Positions 36,501-48,500 of a DNA stretch of 64,000 nt are shown one piece after another. Position numbers and translations under genes: made by a program. Source of the stretch: Klebsormidium nitens (lineage: Eukaryota > Plantae > Klebsormidiophyceae). Numbering within the stretch: the first letter of the stretch is position 1; each line of letters opens with the position of its first letter. The notes under the pieces were generated by a model. It worked only from the letters and a program-made list of their open reading frames with translations, ran no database searches and was not told the origin of the DNA. The DNA is taken from NCBI GenBank assembly GCA_000708835.1, contig DF237242.1, positions 45,950 through 109,949 on the forward strand, given 5' to 3'.

Positions 36501-39388
36501 GCTTGAGAAGAAGTTAAAGCCTTACCTTTCTAGTGTAAGCGAAGACGCTGGCCAAGAACGTCTCGTCCAGGTATTCTTGCCGCTGATCCATCACCTGTGA
36601 GACGGACAAGTGGAATCGTTGGTCGGAAATGTCGTTATGATTCAGATGCATTGTGTCCGTTTCTGGTTTTATCATGTCGCAGCATGATTTCTTTGATAAA
36701 CAGACAAGGGCGCTCGATTCGATACGTGGGAGCTGCCAAGAAAACGTCCTTTCAAAGCCGTATCAAAATACAATCTAAACTAGCGGGGTCCACCCAGGAC
36801 TAGACTTATGCCTCATTTCTTGCCCACCTTTCTCATGGCGTTGATTCGTTCTTTTGACAGCGGCACCCGCCACTCCCCCGTCTGCTCCGCCGCCGCATCG
36901 AGCACCATCTCGAGCACGCCCGCGTTGTCGTCGATCTTCTCTGTCGTTTTCCTCACGATCTTGTCAACGAGAGACATCACTCGTTGGGACAGCTCCACGT
37001 AGTCCTCCTGGTGAGTGGTGGGAACAAAAGGGTTAGTCATGAGGTTGGGTGACCAATTTGGTTAAGGCTTCGAACAGGCCTCCTAGGTGGTGAGTATTCA
37101 TATCGCATAAGAGCGGCTGCAAGCAAGCCCAAAGTGTCGTCGATCTTTTCTCCCGTTTCTTTCACGATCCTGTCCACGAGATGCTCGCTGCGATAAATCT
37201 GCTAGTCCTCCTGGTTGATGGATGAAAACTCTGGGTTGCTAAGTGGTTGCGTTACTCGAACTGGTTGCGGACTCATAGGGTTGCACTAGACTTCTCTTTC
37301 TCAGAATCGCGTCGATACGTGGAATTGTGGCCAGGTTTCTCAATGAGAAGACAAGGCATAGCAGAAGTCCTGGACAAAAGCAGCTTGCGCTTTCCTGACG
37401 ATCACACTGATAAATAGCGGAATTACTACTGCGGAGCTCTTGTGACGTGTGATAAAACATAGAACTTCTCGAACTCGACTCCAAGCTCGCAGATATTTCC
37501 GATTGTTTTGAGATCAGAGGCTCAAACGATCAGAACGTCAGAAAGAAACAGAGCCAATCGGGTCCGATTCATGTCGTGAAACGCTTACTCATTTCAGACC
37601 TCAAGGTCCTTAAGGCCGACAAAAGGAAGCAAAGCGTGCTTCACCTTATCATCTTCCGACTTGCACACGTCCGACCTGGTCGCCATCCGTAGCCAAAACA
37701 CCTGGTCCAGTTCCATCACGTTTTGGGCGACTATCTGCGGCAGCTGCAGAGGGGGAGGGAGATGCATGGTTAAGCACCGATTACTCGCTCCAGGACTCTC
37801 AATACCAATAGATTTCTGGTGCTGAAATTTTCATGGAATTGAAGGAAAAACACTTGGGACATTCGTTTGTCAGCATTGGGAGTGATTGTTGAAACAACAG
37901 AAAGACGTGATGAAAGCAAGCCTCCGAAACTTTGGCTTTCGGATGAAAGCAAGGAGCTTTGGATAAGGAGCTTTTGGATGTCATTCGCAGGTCGTCGCTT
38001 TGGCAACACAGCAACAGGAAAAACGACTGACATCACCTCTCCTGTGACTCGAGCGCCTAAAACGAATATTACGACTTTGCCTGCCTGTCACCAGTTTGTA
38101 AAAAGTTACGGTGTCTTCCAGTTCTTTACCTTGCAAAAAGATCTCCATCGTCAGCTTCTATATTGGAAAAAAAGAAGCCCGTCAGCGCATCTCACCTCCC
38201 TATCGCTAGCCTCCCGCAGCTTGTCAATCAATTTGTCCAACTTTTGTACCTTCTCTAGTTCGCTCAGCTCGGCGCCTGCCTCGCCAACGCTCGCTCTGCA
38301 CATGTGCCTGAAGAGGGAAGATGCTAGTTAGTACATTAACCCAACTTTTAAATGGAGATTGACTGCATTCACCACTCTGCTCAAAAGTGCTCTATAAGTA
38401 TGGGACTCGCAAGGAGCTTAGTTACATGAGCAGTTGAGAGCACAAAATAGCGAGCTCTTTTCACCCTACGTCTTGTGACAGACTATGCATGCCTCTCTTG
38501 ATGTAATGCAGTACAGAGAGACCCCGATGCAGTGGAGTTAACCAACAAAGTCATGATGGAAGAGAGGTAAGCTATAAACAGGCGGACAAAATAAGAATCT
38601 GCGCTACTTCTGTTTGAGTTTAAAAACATGGTTGCGTACGATTCGGGTCTGCACAATGATTGGGTGATTGTCAAGCATGCTTTTTGAGCATGCACAACGA
38701 GCCACCTTCTCGGAAACATGATTTTTGGTTTCAAACGAATCTTGTTGCGTTCAAACTAGTGATTGCCTCAACTGCACAGTCATGCACCATTTGCGCGGGT
38801 CTCAGAAGACTGGCTTTGTCAAGTCGTTGAATACATAGGTGACAAAGTATTGCCACCAAGGTAAACAGAATCTTGCAAGTAACAAAGCCCTACCATTCTT
38901 GACAGCATTGCACTAATCGCAATTGTTCCTTGAAAGTAAAAATACCTCCAATTGCACCTTTCATAAAAAGGCAAGAATGAAGCAGACACTTGATGTAAAG
39001 AAAGTGGTTCATTCTGCGCTTACCACCACTTTGCACCACCCTACACCCCAAGTCACGGAAACAGAGCCCTCGATCACATCACCTGACCTACATTCAAACG
39101 CCATGCATCCCACTGAAACCCTCACCTTCTGAATACCCCCCCTGCATTCGCTCTTCCCCATCTGGTTTGCACATCATTCACATTTGCACGCCCCCTTGCT
39201 CGCATGCCTGCACTGCTTTGTAACCTTGCTTGTGCACTGCAGCTAGGCGTATTTGTGAGTTTAAAAGCGCACGACAAGGAATGGACATACTGCTCTGCGG
39301 TTGGGTTCCTGAACTTTCCTTGCGCAGAGGAGCATGCATTGCCAAGCAGCCATTGGGAACCCGCTCTAGAAAGCGCCGCTTGCGCCAT
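33558..39388 (-). CDS. Gene C: conserved uncharacterised chloroplast-targeted protein (recalled as Arabidopsis At1g63610-like)
   Basis: Nine phase-compatible GT-AG exons: 39388-39126, 38307-38196, 37743-37645, 37007-36828, 36594-36526, 35653-35548, 34987-34943, 34385-34264, 33704-33558. Transit-peptide-like N-terminus. Motifs LDKLIDKLRE..LPQIVAQNVMELDQVFWLRMATRSDVCKSEDDKEDYVEL..LDETFLA..LQRVMQLWA..ENGSYSQRVVAEYLREI. The orthologue name is from memory and needs BLAST. Confidence 0.88.
35654..36090 (-). repeat. Three degenerate tandem copies (~115-125 bp period) of the acceptor and 5' end of gene C exon 6
   Basis: Exon-edge sequence (+ strand) CATCGACCCCATGTTCTCCTTCTCGACCTGCAA recurs at 35748 (near-identical), ~35858 and ~35981. 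Confidence 0.85.
37130..37235 (-). repeat. Degenerate copy of the acceptor and first ~80 nt of gene C exon 4
   Basis: TGTCGTCGATCTTTTCTC..CACGATCCTGTCCACGAGA..TAGTCCTCCTGGT matches the exon at 36925-37012. Confidence 0.85.
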
Positions 39389-39399
39389 TTTCTAGCTCA

Positions 39400-39600
39400 C
39401 GTCACGCCTGCAATCTCTGCTGAAATTTGAAATGTGCACAGCATTCTGCACAATCTCAAACTTTTCAACTTCCGAAGCTTTTAAATTTCAGAATCTTGAC
39501 TTTAGAAAAGTATTGGTAGTACGGTATTAGGGTTTTAACCTGTTTTAGGGTTCCGGCTCAGATTCTAGGGTTTTCAAGTTTGGTGCCGGCGAGGTTTGAA
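39400..39600. promoter_or_regulatory. Promoter region upstream of gene C with three telo-box-like TAGGGTT motifs
   Basis: TTAGGGTTTT (~39527), TTTAGGGTT (~39545) and CTAGGGTTTT (~39566), about 140-190 bp upstream of the gene C ATG. Telo-boxes (AAACCCTA) are established plant promoter elements. Confidence 0.5.
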
Positions 39601-42289
39601 GTCGCATACCGTAACTTATTTTCTATCGGAACCATCTCTTTTCGTTGTACCCAGCTGGAATCTGCTCGATTCTCCGCCGGATGCAGCCGAAAAGCAGACA
39701 GTACAATACACTCTAGAGAGACGGATTGAAAAGTACCCATGTAGAAAGGCCCGCAAATATCAGTGGTCAAACCTGGGTCAGACTGCTTCCAACCGGGTGT
39801 TAACCGTGTCGCAACTGCCATGTGAATCACGTGACCCTGCCGCGACACGACACGTGGGCAGTATCGAGGAATATGAGTGGTCGCCGAGGTGCTTTGCGAG
39901 ATTCGCCTCGGCGCAGTGCAGGCGTCACTACACCACCTCTGCAGCCGTCTTCCCCGAAGGGGCGACCAGCCGTGCTGAGCTCACGGCTGCTCATGGCTGC
40001 CAGCAGTGCCTATCTGCCCTGCCCTGCTTGGCTGCTTTGAAGTTGCACAGCGTTTACACCGGCTCAGCAGAGGGAGTAGCGCTGCCGCCTCATGCTGCCG
40101 TGCATTTCTCGTGCAGCAGCAATGACCCAGGAAGGGTTTGACTAAAATTTGTGATATCCGGGTTTGACTTCTAATGAAGCTGAAGTCAATTGCTACTGGC
40201 AGAGGGCAGATGCACTCTCCTTCAATGAGATACACGAATGCTGGACATTGATGTTAGACCACTGTCACCATAGGAGAGGAGTAGAGTTCAGTTGGTCTAC
40301 TCGCTGAGTGGTTCCACTCAATGCATTGTGTGGGGCACTGACTGGTTATGAAGGACAGGCACAGGTCTCAACTTCCCTGAATCACACACCGCTGATGGGC
40401 CCTGCTGCTGATAGGAACTACTGGAGGACTGCACTGATTTGACGGGAAATCAACTTTCATTTGTCCTCTTAGTTTAATCACCATCATGACAGACAGTTGA
40501 TCGTTGCACGTTGACCTTTAGTGACTCTCGTAAGGTTGAGGGCTCCTTGGCACTTGCGGACTCATGTTAAGTATCCCTACGCTGACTCTGCCATGTGCTT
40601 TTACAAAGAACAGAGTACTTTGAAGTGGTCAAGGTCATCAGCTAGGCTCTGATGCTCAACTGAACTGACCAAAAGGGAGTGACAGCGGGCTTTCTCTGGC
40701 ACATGGCAAGATTTTGAGGAACGAGGACTTGGAGAACGCTTCTCCGCACAATGGGCATTTTTGGACCCAAAGGAGCACGTCTCGTCTTCTCGTGTGTGTC
40801 AGCAGTTGGAGCCACCAAGTGAGTTCTCTCTCCTTGTGGCTGACGAGAGAGCACAGCCAATAAAAACCTTCTCGTTCTGTTACTTTCTTCATGTCAGTCT
40901 TTCTATGACATGTGAGGAAGACCTACGCTTTCTGGTCATTCAATCTTGTGATCATTGTAGATGTCACGTCTTTCTGATATTAGTCCCCAGCCTGCTGAAT
41001 GGCTACGAGTTTGATTAGTGGACAAGAGTCAATCATCTTTCTATCTTTGATGAGGGAGTTGTAGGCTCCCATCTCTGATGGTGAGCTGTGTTGAGAGGTC
41101 TTGTGTCAAATGCTAAAGTCCAGGGGTCTGATTGGACAAGCCCGACATCTACTTGCCAAAAACCTGAAAATCAAGCGTATATCACTCGTTGACCCCTGAT
41201 GCTTGGAATGGAGTAGCAGCTGGTAAGGTAGCCGGTGCATCCCTTCGTCTCAACGCTTGAATAGTTTCTCCAAAATGACGGTTAACTTCTTTCCTTGAAA
41301 TAATTTCTTGTTTCTCTAGCGTGTAGCTCCGCCCCATTCAAGTTACTGACACTTTCTTTCTGCTTGGAAAGATAATCTTACGTGTCCTGGACAATCACCC
41401 TTTTTTGACCTAGCAAAAGTTAAGCAAGTCCTTATATGCAATGACCTCAGCAACTCGCATTCTGGATATACAGGCTATATAGGAATCTGGTGGAGTGTAC
41501 CGTTGGATGCCGTTTTGCCCTGCTGGCGTCCTTTTTGAAGCTCTAAGAATCTGACCTCACCCTCTTACAATGAGTTGCGTTGAAGGCTAGTTATGAGATG
41601 GTTCCCACTGATCGGAGAGAGGCTTCCTTATTTGTCAGGGCCCTTTGCATAGGTCAATAGTAGAAGCCTATCTGTCAATGTTTCTGAAATGAAAAATTCG
41701 TTTCATCTTGTTGCTTTCCTGTTGCTGAAATGACAAGAAGCTGTGTGTTGGTTTCGTCCTCGAAGTCTGTTCCTGAGGCTATTATCCGCTCTCGTTTTTG
41801 TTACTTTTGAAGGACGCACTGTTGACCAATACAGGGTCTACATTCTGCGTAGCCATGGCCTTATTGTTGGACTGCCACGGTAGAATCGTGTGCACTGCCT
41901 GAACCGCTCCGAACGATGTCAAGGTCTGGAACTTGTTGCTTGGTCAAGCATTCCAAGTAGAGTCGAAGTACTCCAAGTCTTACAAGCGGGACTTGATTTT
42001 ACGTTATGGCCCCTCTGTTGCATCCGTCAAGCTGAAGCAGAGAATGTACGAGCACGCTCGTGAAAAGTCTCAAGGAGGCTTTCAACCAGGTTTCTGGACC
42101 TTCCAATGCTCATCTCCCCAAACATTCAGGACCAAGCCAGTACATCTTAGTTGCCATCAGGTTCGCCAGTCACTGTGATCACGCAACAATCTTCATTCAA
42201 CCCCCAATTCGCCCCCAGCCGTTAAGGCCTCAAAATCTCCCCCCTTCGCAAGCGCTCAGCCCTTGCTTTAACTTGGCACTTCTTTCATT

Positions 42290-42508
42290 CGCTTTTAACC
42301 CCAGGTTTGCTTCCCGACCAACTTGGGTTTCCAATCCCATATCCAATCCTCTGTGCTTAGGCCTACTTTCCGCCCACTCTATAAGCGTGTCCTTTTGCCC
42401 CCAGCTTTGCCCCCCCGCATTTCGGGTTCTCCGATGTCCCCTCCAATCCCAAGTTGCTTAGTCGTTCATGTCACTTAGCGCTTCTTCACACCTATTTTTT
42501 GCCCCCAG
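42290..42508 (+). repeat. Two degenerate copies (~100 bp period) of the acceptor and exon start at 42509
   Basis: TTTTAACCCCAG|GTTTGCTTCCC (42305) and TTTTGCCCCCAG|CTTTGCCCCCC (42405) vs real TTTTGCCCCCAG|GTTTGCCCCCC (42509). Confidence 0.75.
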
Positions 42509-45500
42509 GTTTGCCCCCCAGGCCGACTGGGACCTCCAGTACTCAGCTGATGCGCTCACCGCCGAAGAGCTGCGCTCGCACCGGTTGACTCCTGCTTCCT
42601 CGCTCTCAACGCCTGCCGGCGAAATAATGAGGAGGAACAAGAAGAACCCGAATGACATCCAAGTAAGGCCCAATATGTTTCTGCCTGTCTGATCTGGGGT
42701 TCCTGTTTGTCAATTTGTGTCGCTGTCTTCGCATTTACGACTCTTCGTGCATTAAATGCTGGTCGTGCCTTTCGAATTCCGAGGATGTAGGGCCTAGCTC
42801 ATAGAGTACTGCTCAGAGTCAGAGTCTTTTCTGTTGTATCTGATTGTAAGTACCGAACTGATCTAGGTCGTTGCACAAGCAAGCTGCAGATCCACGATCT
42901 TCTGATACTGAAGCGGGGGCCCATTTATTGTTGGATTCAAACCATATTACGATTGGGCTACGCGAAGTTGGTCGATATGGGGATTCCGGTCCACCCCCTT
43001 CGGAGGTGGGTCGGTCGGTCGGCAGAAAACAATAAATAAAAATATTGGCCCTTATTAGCAGTATAATATCCATTTTATGAAATAAATGCAGAGAAATGCT
43101 GAATCCGGTATTGGAGCCAGTGGTTTGGTGACAAGCGGGGATGGTCACTTCGTATTAATGAACGCGTGCACACCCAGGTGCATAGCGCGGGGATCAACTT
43201 CGCTAAAAAGGTCAAGGTTCTCTCAGCACATCTTGGAATCCTGAAGCAATATGAGTCAAAAGGGAGCGCTGTGTATCCGAGCAGATTTCAACGAATTTTA
43301 TGTCACTTTTTTAAAAAAATCCAAAATCCGGGTCGGTCGCGGACCGGAATCCCCATATCGACTTCGCGTAGCCTTGGGTCTGCAGTGTGCCTCGCTCAAG
43401 CTTGTTTTGATTCTCTAACCGCCTTGATTGCTCAAGCGTGAGGATATCGTTTCACCCGCAGGTCCCAATTTTTTATGCCACCAACCGGGAGCCCCTTTCC
43501 GCTGCCGAGCGCCAACGACACCCCCGCAAGTTCTTCGGCCAGGTCGGCAAGACCTCGCCCGGGTTGAACCTAGGGTTAGGGCGGGTTAGGATCAGAGAGG
43601 ACGCGTTCAAGCTATCGAACCTGCAGGACGAGCGAGACGCAAGACGGCTGGAGGAGATTGCCCCGTGTAAAGATGAGGCGGAGTGGAAGAAGAAACTGCG
43701 GGAGGCGCTGAACGGGGATGTCAAGAAGTCGATCATTGTGTTTGTGCATGGGTGAGTGGTAGAGGAGTCACTTTGTTGGGGAGTGCTTATTGGCGCTTTG
43801 ATAATGATTGCGTCGCGAGGTTTGAGGATCTGACAGTCGGTTCGAAATTGAAAAGGAGAGGGTTGAAGAAGTGTGTTGGTCGGAAAACAGGGGGGAATGA
43901 GTCGTCAGGCAATTTGTTTGTATTTTCCTTTTCAGGATCCTTGTTCTAGGGACATCATTTTGACAATTGTAAGATTGAAAACTACTTAGGGACGTGATCG
44001 AAGTCGACGTTCGGATTGATCCTTTACTCAGGCTCTCTTTAAGGTTCTAAGTACAAAGCATCACTCTGAGCACGGGCAGAGGACAGCAAGCTGAATTAGA
44101 ATGTTGTCGGAATAGCTTGACACCATCATTTGAAATAAATATGCACTCTCTGCGCCAACGCCAGCAGAAACGGTGACCCTGCGGTTCTAATGCCCCTGTG
44201 TTCCCTCCTTTTCCAGGTGCTTCACTGACTTTCCCAGAGGCCTGGAGTACGGAGGGCTCGTCAAGGTAAGTACCACCTTCCTTTGGGCCACCTTCACTAT
44301 AATTGGTCAGGGCTTAATGCTGGAAAGGACCACTGATGTATGTCTGTTGTACTGGTCGTCACCTCTGCATCAGGCTCAGCGTTTCTTGAAACTGTCCGCA
44401 GGCAACATTTGTTCGTCCAATTGTCGACTCGAGGCAAAGGTTGGGTTGGCCTTGAGACTGGCGCTAGGCAGTCTTGTCGGGCAGAAAGATTGAAATCTGT
44501 CGAGGCAAGCTCGCATAATCGAACCCCGTTCGGCTTAACGGCTTAATCGTAAAATTTTCTAGAGGGCGTTTCGTGTCGTCGTTTATCCAGGCGTTGGTTC
44601 TGTGCCGCTTTACTCTGAGCAACATGAGCTCGAAGACAACGAGCATCTGAATTTGAATGCAGGTATCGGAGCTCGTCGACGTTCGCTGCAAAGCTGAAAG
44701 ATGCAGCAAGATTCCTTGTTTTGACTACCACCTACCATAAATCCTAGCGGCGAGCTTACGGTCTAGTTTTTGACATTTTGCGCCTGTTCACACCGCTCTC
44801 TGTCCTTCGCTGCAGCACGGGTGTAACTTCTCGGGCCCCATGGTGGTGTTCAGCTGGCCGTCAATCGGACACAAGGTCCAGAGCCGGCCGTATGCCAAGG
44901 ACGAAAAGTGCGTCAAATGGACCGTCCCGCAACTCAAGGTGAGACTTGACGTTCAACCGCTTCCACCTTTTGATAAAGCGGGCGTACCTTTGTCGGAGCT
45001 CCAATTCAACACTGTAAGCTGTTTGCCCTTATTATAGTTACATTTGTTGTTACCCATTGATTTTAATTTCCTAGCAAGCAGCCAATGCTGCTTCAGGAGT
45101 CAGAGGTTTGGCCGCGATGTCAACACTGTAGTATCTTGAAATTCTTCTTTAGTTGTGACGTCGTGACCGGTGTAGACGGTTCTCGATGGTTTTCCCCGGA
45201 ATTGCAGTATGTTCCGACTCAGATAGACGTCATGAGTCGTATAAATGATCACAACGTTTGGTTCAAAAGTTCAGTATGTTTCACTTCACTTGCATCTTCC
45301 CCAGGACTCTCACATGCTGCTGACCGATTTCGAGGCAAGGGCTCAGTGCTGAGCTAAACTATCACGTCCCACTCGTGGCGTGTCCTTTCCCGGAAAAAAT
45401 CAGGAGTATTTCTCTTGAAATCGTAACTTTCACTTACTCCACTTTCTTGCACCTTTCGAGGAGTTTCTACACATGCTGACCGAGCTCGAGGTCAATGCCC

Positions 45501-48500
45501 TCATGCTGAGCTACAGCATGAGCGCACACTTTCTTGGGCTGTCTTTCTCCTATCAGAGTCTGTTTGGTTTCTTTTAAACTCTTTGTTTCACTACTTCACT
45601 TTTTCGCACTTTGTAAGGAGTTTCTGCACATGCCGCTGACCGACTTCGAGGCCAAAGTGCAGGTGCTGAGCTACAGCCTGGCCGTCCACTTTCGTGGGCT
45701 ATCTTTTCTCCTTCGAAATCTTTCGTTCCACTCTGAACTCTCCCTTTCACTCACTTTACTCGTTTGCACTTTTTCCAGGAGTTTCTGCACATGTTGCTGA
45801 CGGAGTTCGAGGCCAAGGTGCACGTGCTGAGCTACAGCATGGGCGCGCGCGCGGTGGTGGGCGCACTGGACCTGCTCGAGGAAGAAGTGCTCGCGCTCGA
45901 TGATAAGCTCAAAAAGGACGGCAGCCACCTGAAGGCCGCCCTGCAGGACAAGCTGCGGAGCGTCGTCACCCGGTGCGTCTGTGTAAAACATTCTTGAACT
46001 TTGCTTCTGACTTTCAGGGACTTTCGGATAAGCTTCTCAGGAATGTAGATTCTCGGCGAGGAGCTGCGGAGAAAGACAGCGAACACCGGGTGACGCTGCA
46101 GGACAAGCTGCGGAGCGTCGTCACCTGGTGCGTATGCTCTTAGTACTTGAGGTTTCCTGGACGCGGACTGTGAGCATTTGAGAACTGAAGCTTTTCGACG
46201 AAAGAGGTGACGAAGGGCGGCATCGGCCTCTGGGCCGCGTTGCAGCACAAGCTGCCGGGCTACTCGCCAGGTGCGACTGTCTTACATTGCAGGGTTTTGG
46301 GTTCTGAGGTTTGAGGTCTGAGGGTTGAAGGAGTCTGGGGTGTGAACACTAAGAACGCTTGCCGTAAAAAGGGTAACTTCAACGAGAAGCTAGAAAAGGA
46401 CAGGAAAAAGCTGACGGCCGCGCTGGTGATTACGTGGGGGCGCTTCGGTTCCACGCCCCATGCTTCCAGCTGGCTCTCAATCCTTTTCTTTTGAATCTCA
46501 GCCTTTCTTATATCAGTCATTTGTTTGTTTGCGCCACCTGTCTCTTCTTCTCCAGAGAAAGGGGAGGGTTCGAAGTCGAAGCGAACAAGTATGTCGTCTA
46601 TGCAAGATCCGGTGCAATATCCTCTGATTGTGTAGACTTTTCGCCGACGCTGCGATGAATCGGCGTTTTCTATTCAGTTGACGCTGACGTATTGTTTCGA
46701 ACGACCTCGAAGCATCGTCGATCTGGGGATAACGTGACTCATCAGGCACTCTACACGTCCACGAAAGGCAATGAGCTACTCTTGCAAAGTGCCTGCAAAT
46801 CTGACGGGTAACGTCCTCTGCTTTCAGTGGCGAAGAAGCGGCCGCCGGAATGAAAGTCGGGGTGCGGGAGCTTGGCAACATCCTCGCGAGAGAACGTGAC
46901 CTCCTCAAAGAGAAGGCCGCGTCCCTGCGGGGCGCACCGCTAAACCTGAACGACGGGCCTGACATAAACCCCAGCGGAGACTTGGGTTACGGGCAGCATC
47001 GAGAGGCTGGTTATGGTGAGGGTTTGCCGCTGACTGGAGACGCCGGCGATGAAGAGTCGCCCAGAAGTCGGGGGGCAGTGACGAGTTCGGGGCGGGCAGA
47101 GGAACGGGGTTTGGGGCTAACGACTGCGAAGGTTAAGGAGGGGTTTAGCGAGGAGCGGGTTAAGGAGTGGGAGGCGTTGCGCGCCAAGCTGGGGCATCTG
47201 ATATTCATGGCGCCCGACGAAGAAGTCGAGAGGTTTCGTCACACTGCGCGACGGTGGACCCAGAGTTTGCGGAACCGGGTTAGCGGCCGAACCCAGGGGG
47301 CCTCCGAGGAGGTCAAGGAGCGGGTTAGGACGGATCTAGAGGCAGACGGGCCGCAGGCAGTGGAAGAGGCGGCAAAGCGGGGGGGCGCACGGCCGGATGA
47401 CGTCATCATCGCTGCGAAAGTTGCGGGATTGTCGGCGGAGATCCCGCGTCTCATGAGTTCACCCGCCGTGCTTCAGGGCGACGATAACCATGCGAACGAG
47501 CGATGCGTGCCGCCTGCGCTACACCTCGCGCTTACGAGTACGAGCGTCTCGGTCACCCCCCGCTTTTCCGGCTGGCAAAACGTTCTGGGCAGCGATGGAC
47601 CCGAATCCGGCAAAGGCGCGGAATGCGAACAAGAGGAAGACATTCCAGGGAAGCCCGTGGGAGACGGCGCAGAGAATGTGCTCATGGTCTCGCCGAGTCG
47701 CCTGACTACCATCTTCTCGGGCAAGGCGCTCGATCTGAACCCACGGAACTTCGTCAAACCCGTCGGTAATTTGACAACGGACCTTAGTCAAAGCCTTCCC
47801 CACGAGACTGCCTCCGAGACTCCCGCCCTCCTTCTTCCGAGAACGCAGTCCACCCCAGTCATCTACCCGGCGGGAGCCGATGCCCCGCCCAGATCGCCGT
47901 CCGCTGACGTCATCCCTCCCTCTGATGATGTCTTCCCGCCGGCTGCTGACGTTATCTCCCCTGGAGTGAGCGAGAGGGCCTTCCCTGGCTATCCGAGGTC
48001 GTTCCAAGGAAGCTTCCGCCCTAGTTCGCCTTCTGCCAGCTCAACGTCGAGCCGCACCCCCTCCAGGTAACCTCTCAAGAAAGCGAGATTTCTTCTTTTT
48101 AAGGGTTCTCATCAGCTGGGTGAACCACACAAAACAGCGGGACATGGGCTGCTTCCAAGGGTAATATGCTTCTTGAGGCCAACTAGTAAAATTGTCTCCG
48201 CTTTAGTGTCGCTCTCTGCCTTCTTTTTGGGACGAGTGTTCTATTGCGGTCTTCCTTTGTTTCTCCCTTGAATCCATGATTCGTCGCATATACCATTTTG
48301 TCTGCGTTCGAGTTCGCATTGCTTTTCTTTATTTCTCCTTGCCAATGTAGTTTTCTGCCGTTGTACTACTTCGTTACTTGGATCATGACCTTTTCATATC
48401 CCTCGTCCTGCGCAGCTTGCCAACTCTGCCCGTCCGTTCGCAATTTGTAGTCTGTCGCCTGCTTGCAATCATTCGCCGCCTCCTCTTGTCGTTTTGATCT

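Noticed and set aside
33558-39388. Naming gene C as PRDA1
   Set aside because: Motifs do not match PRDA1 as I recall it; gene symbol left blank.
40200-41800. Minus-strand protein-like frames (e.g. 40656-40892 with CPLCG)
   Set aside because: Fragmentary with multiple stops and no identifiable family; may be intronic to gene B.
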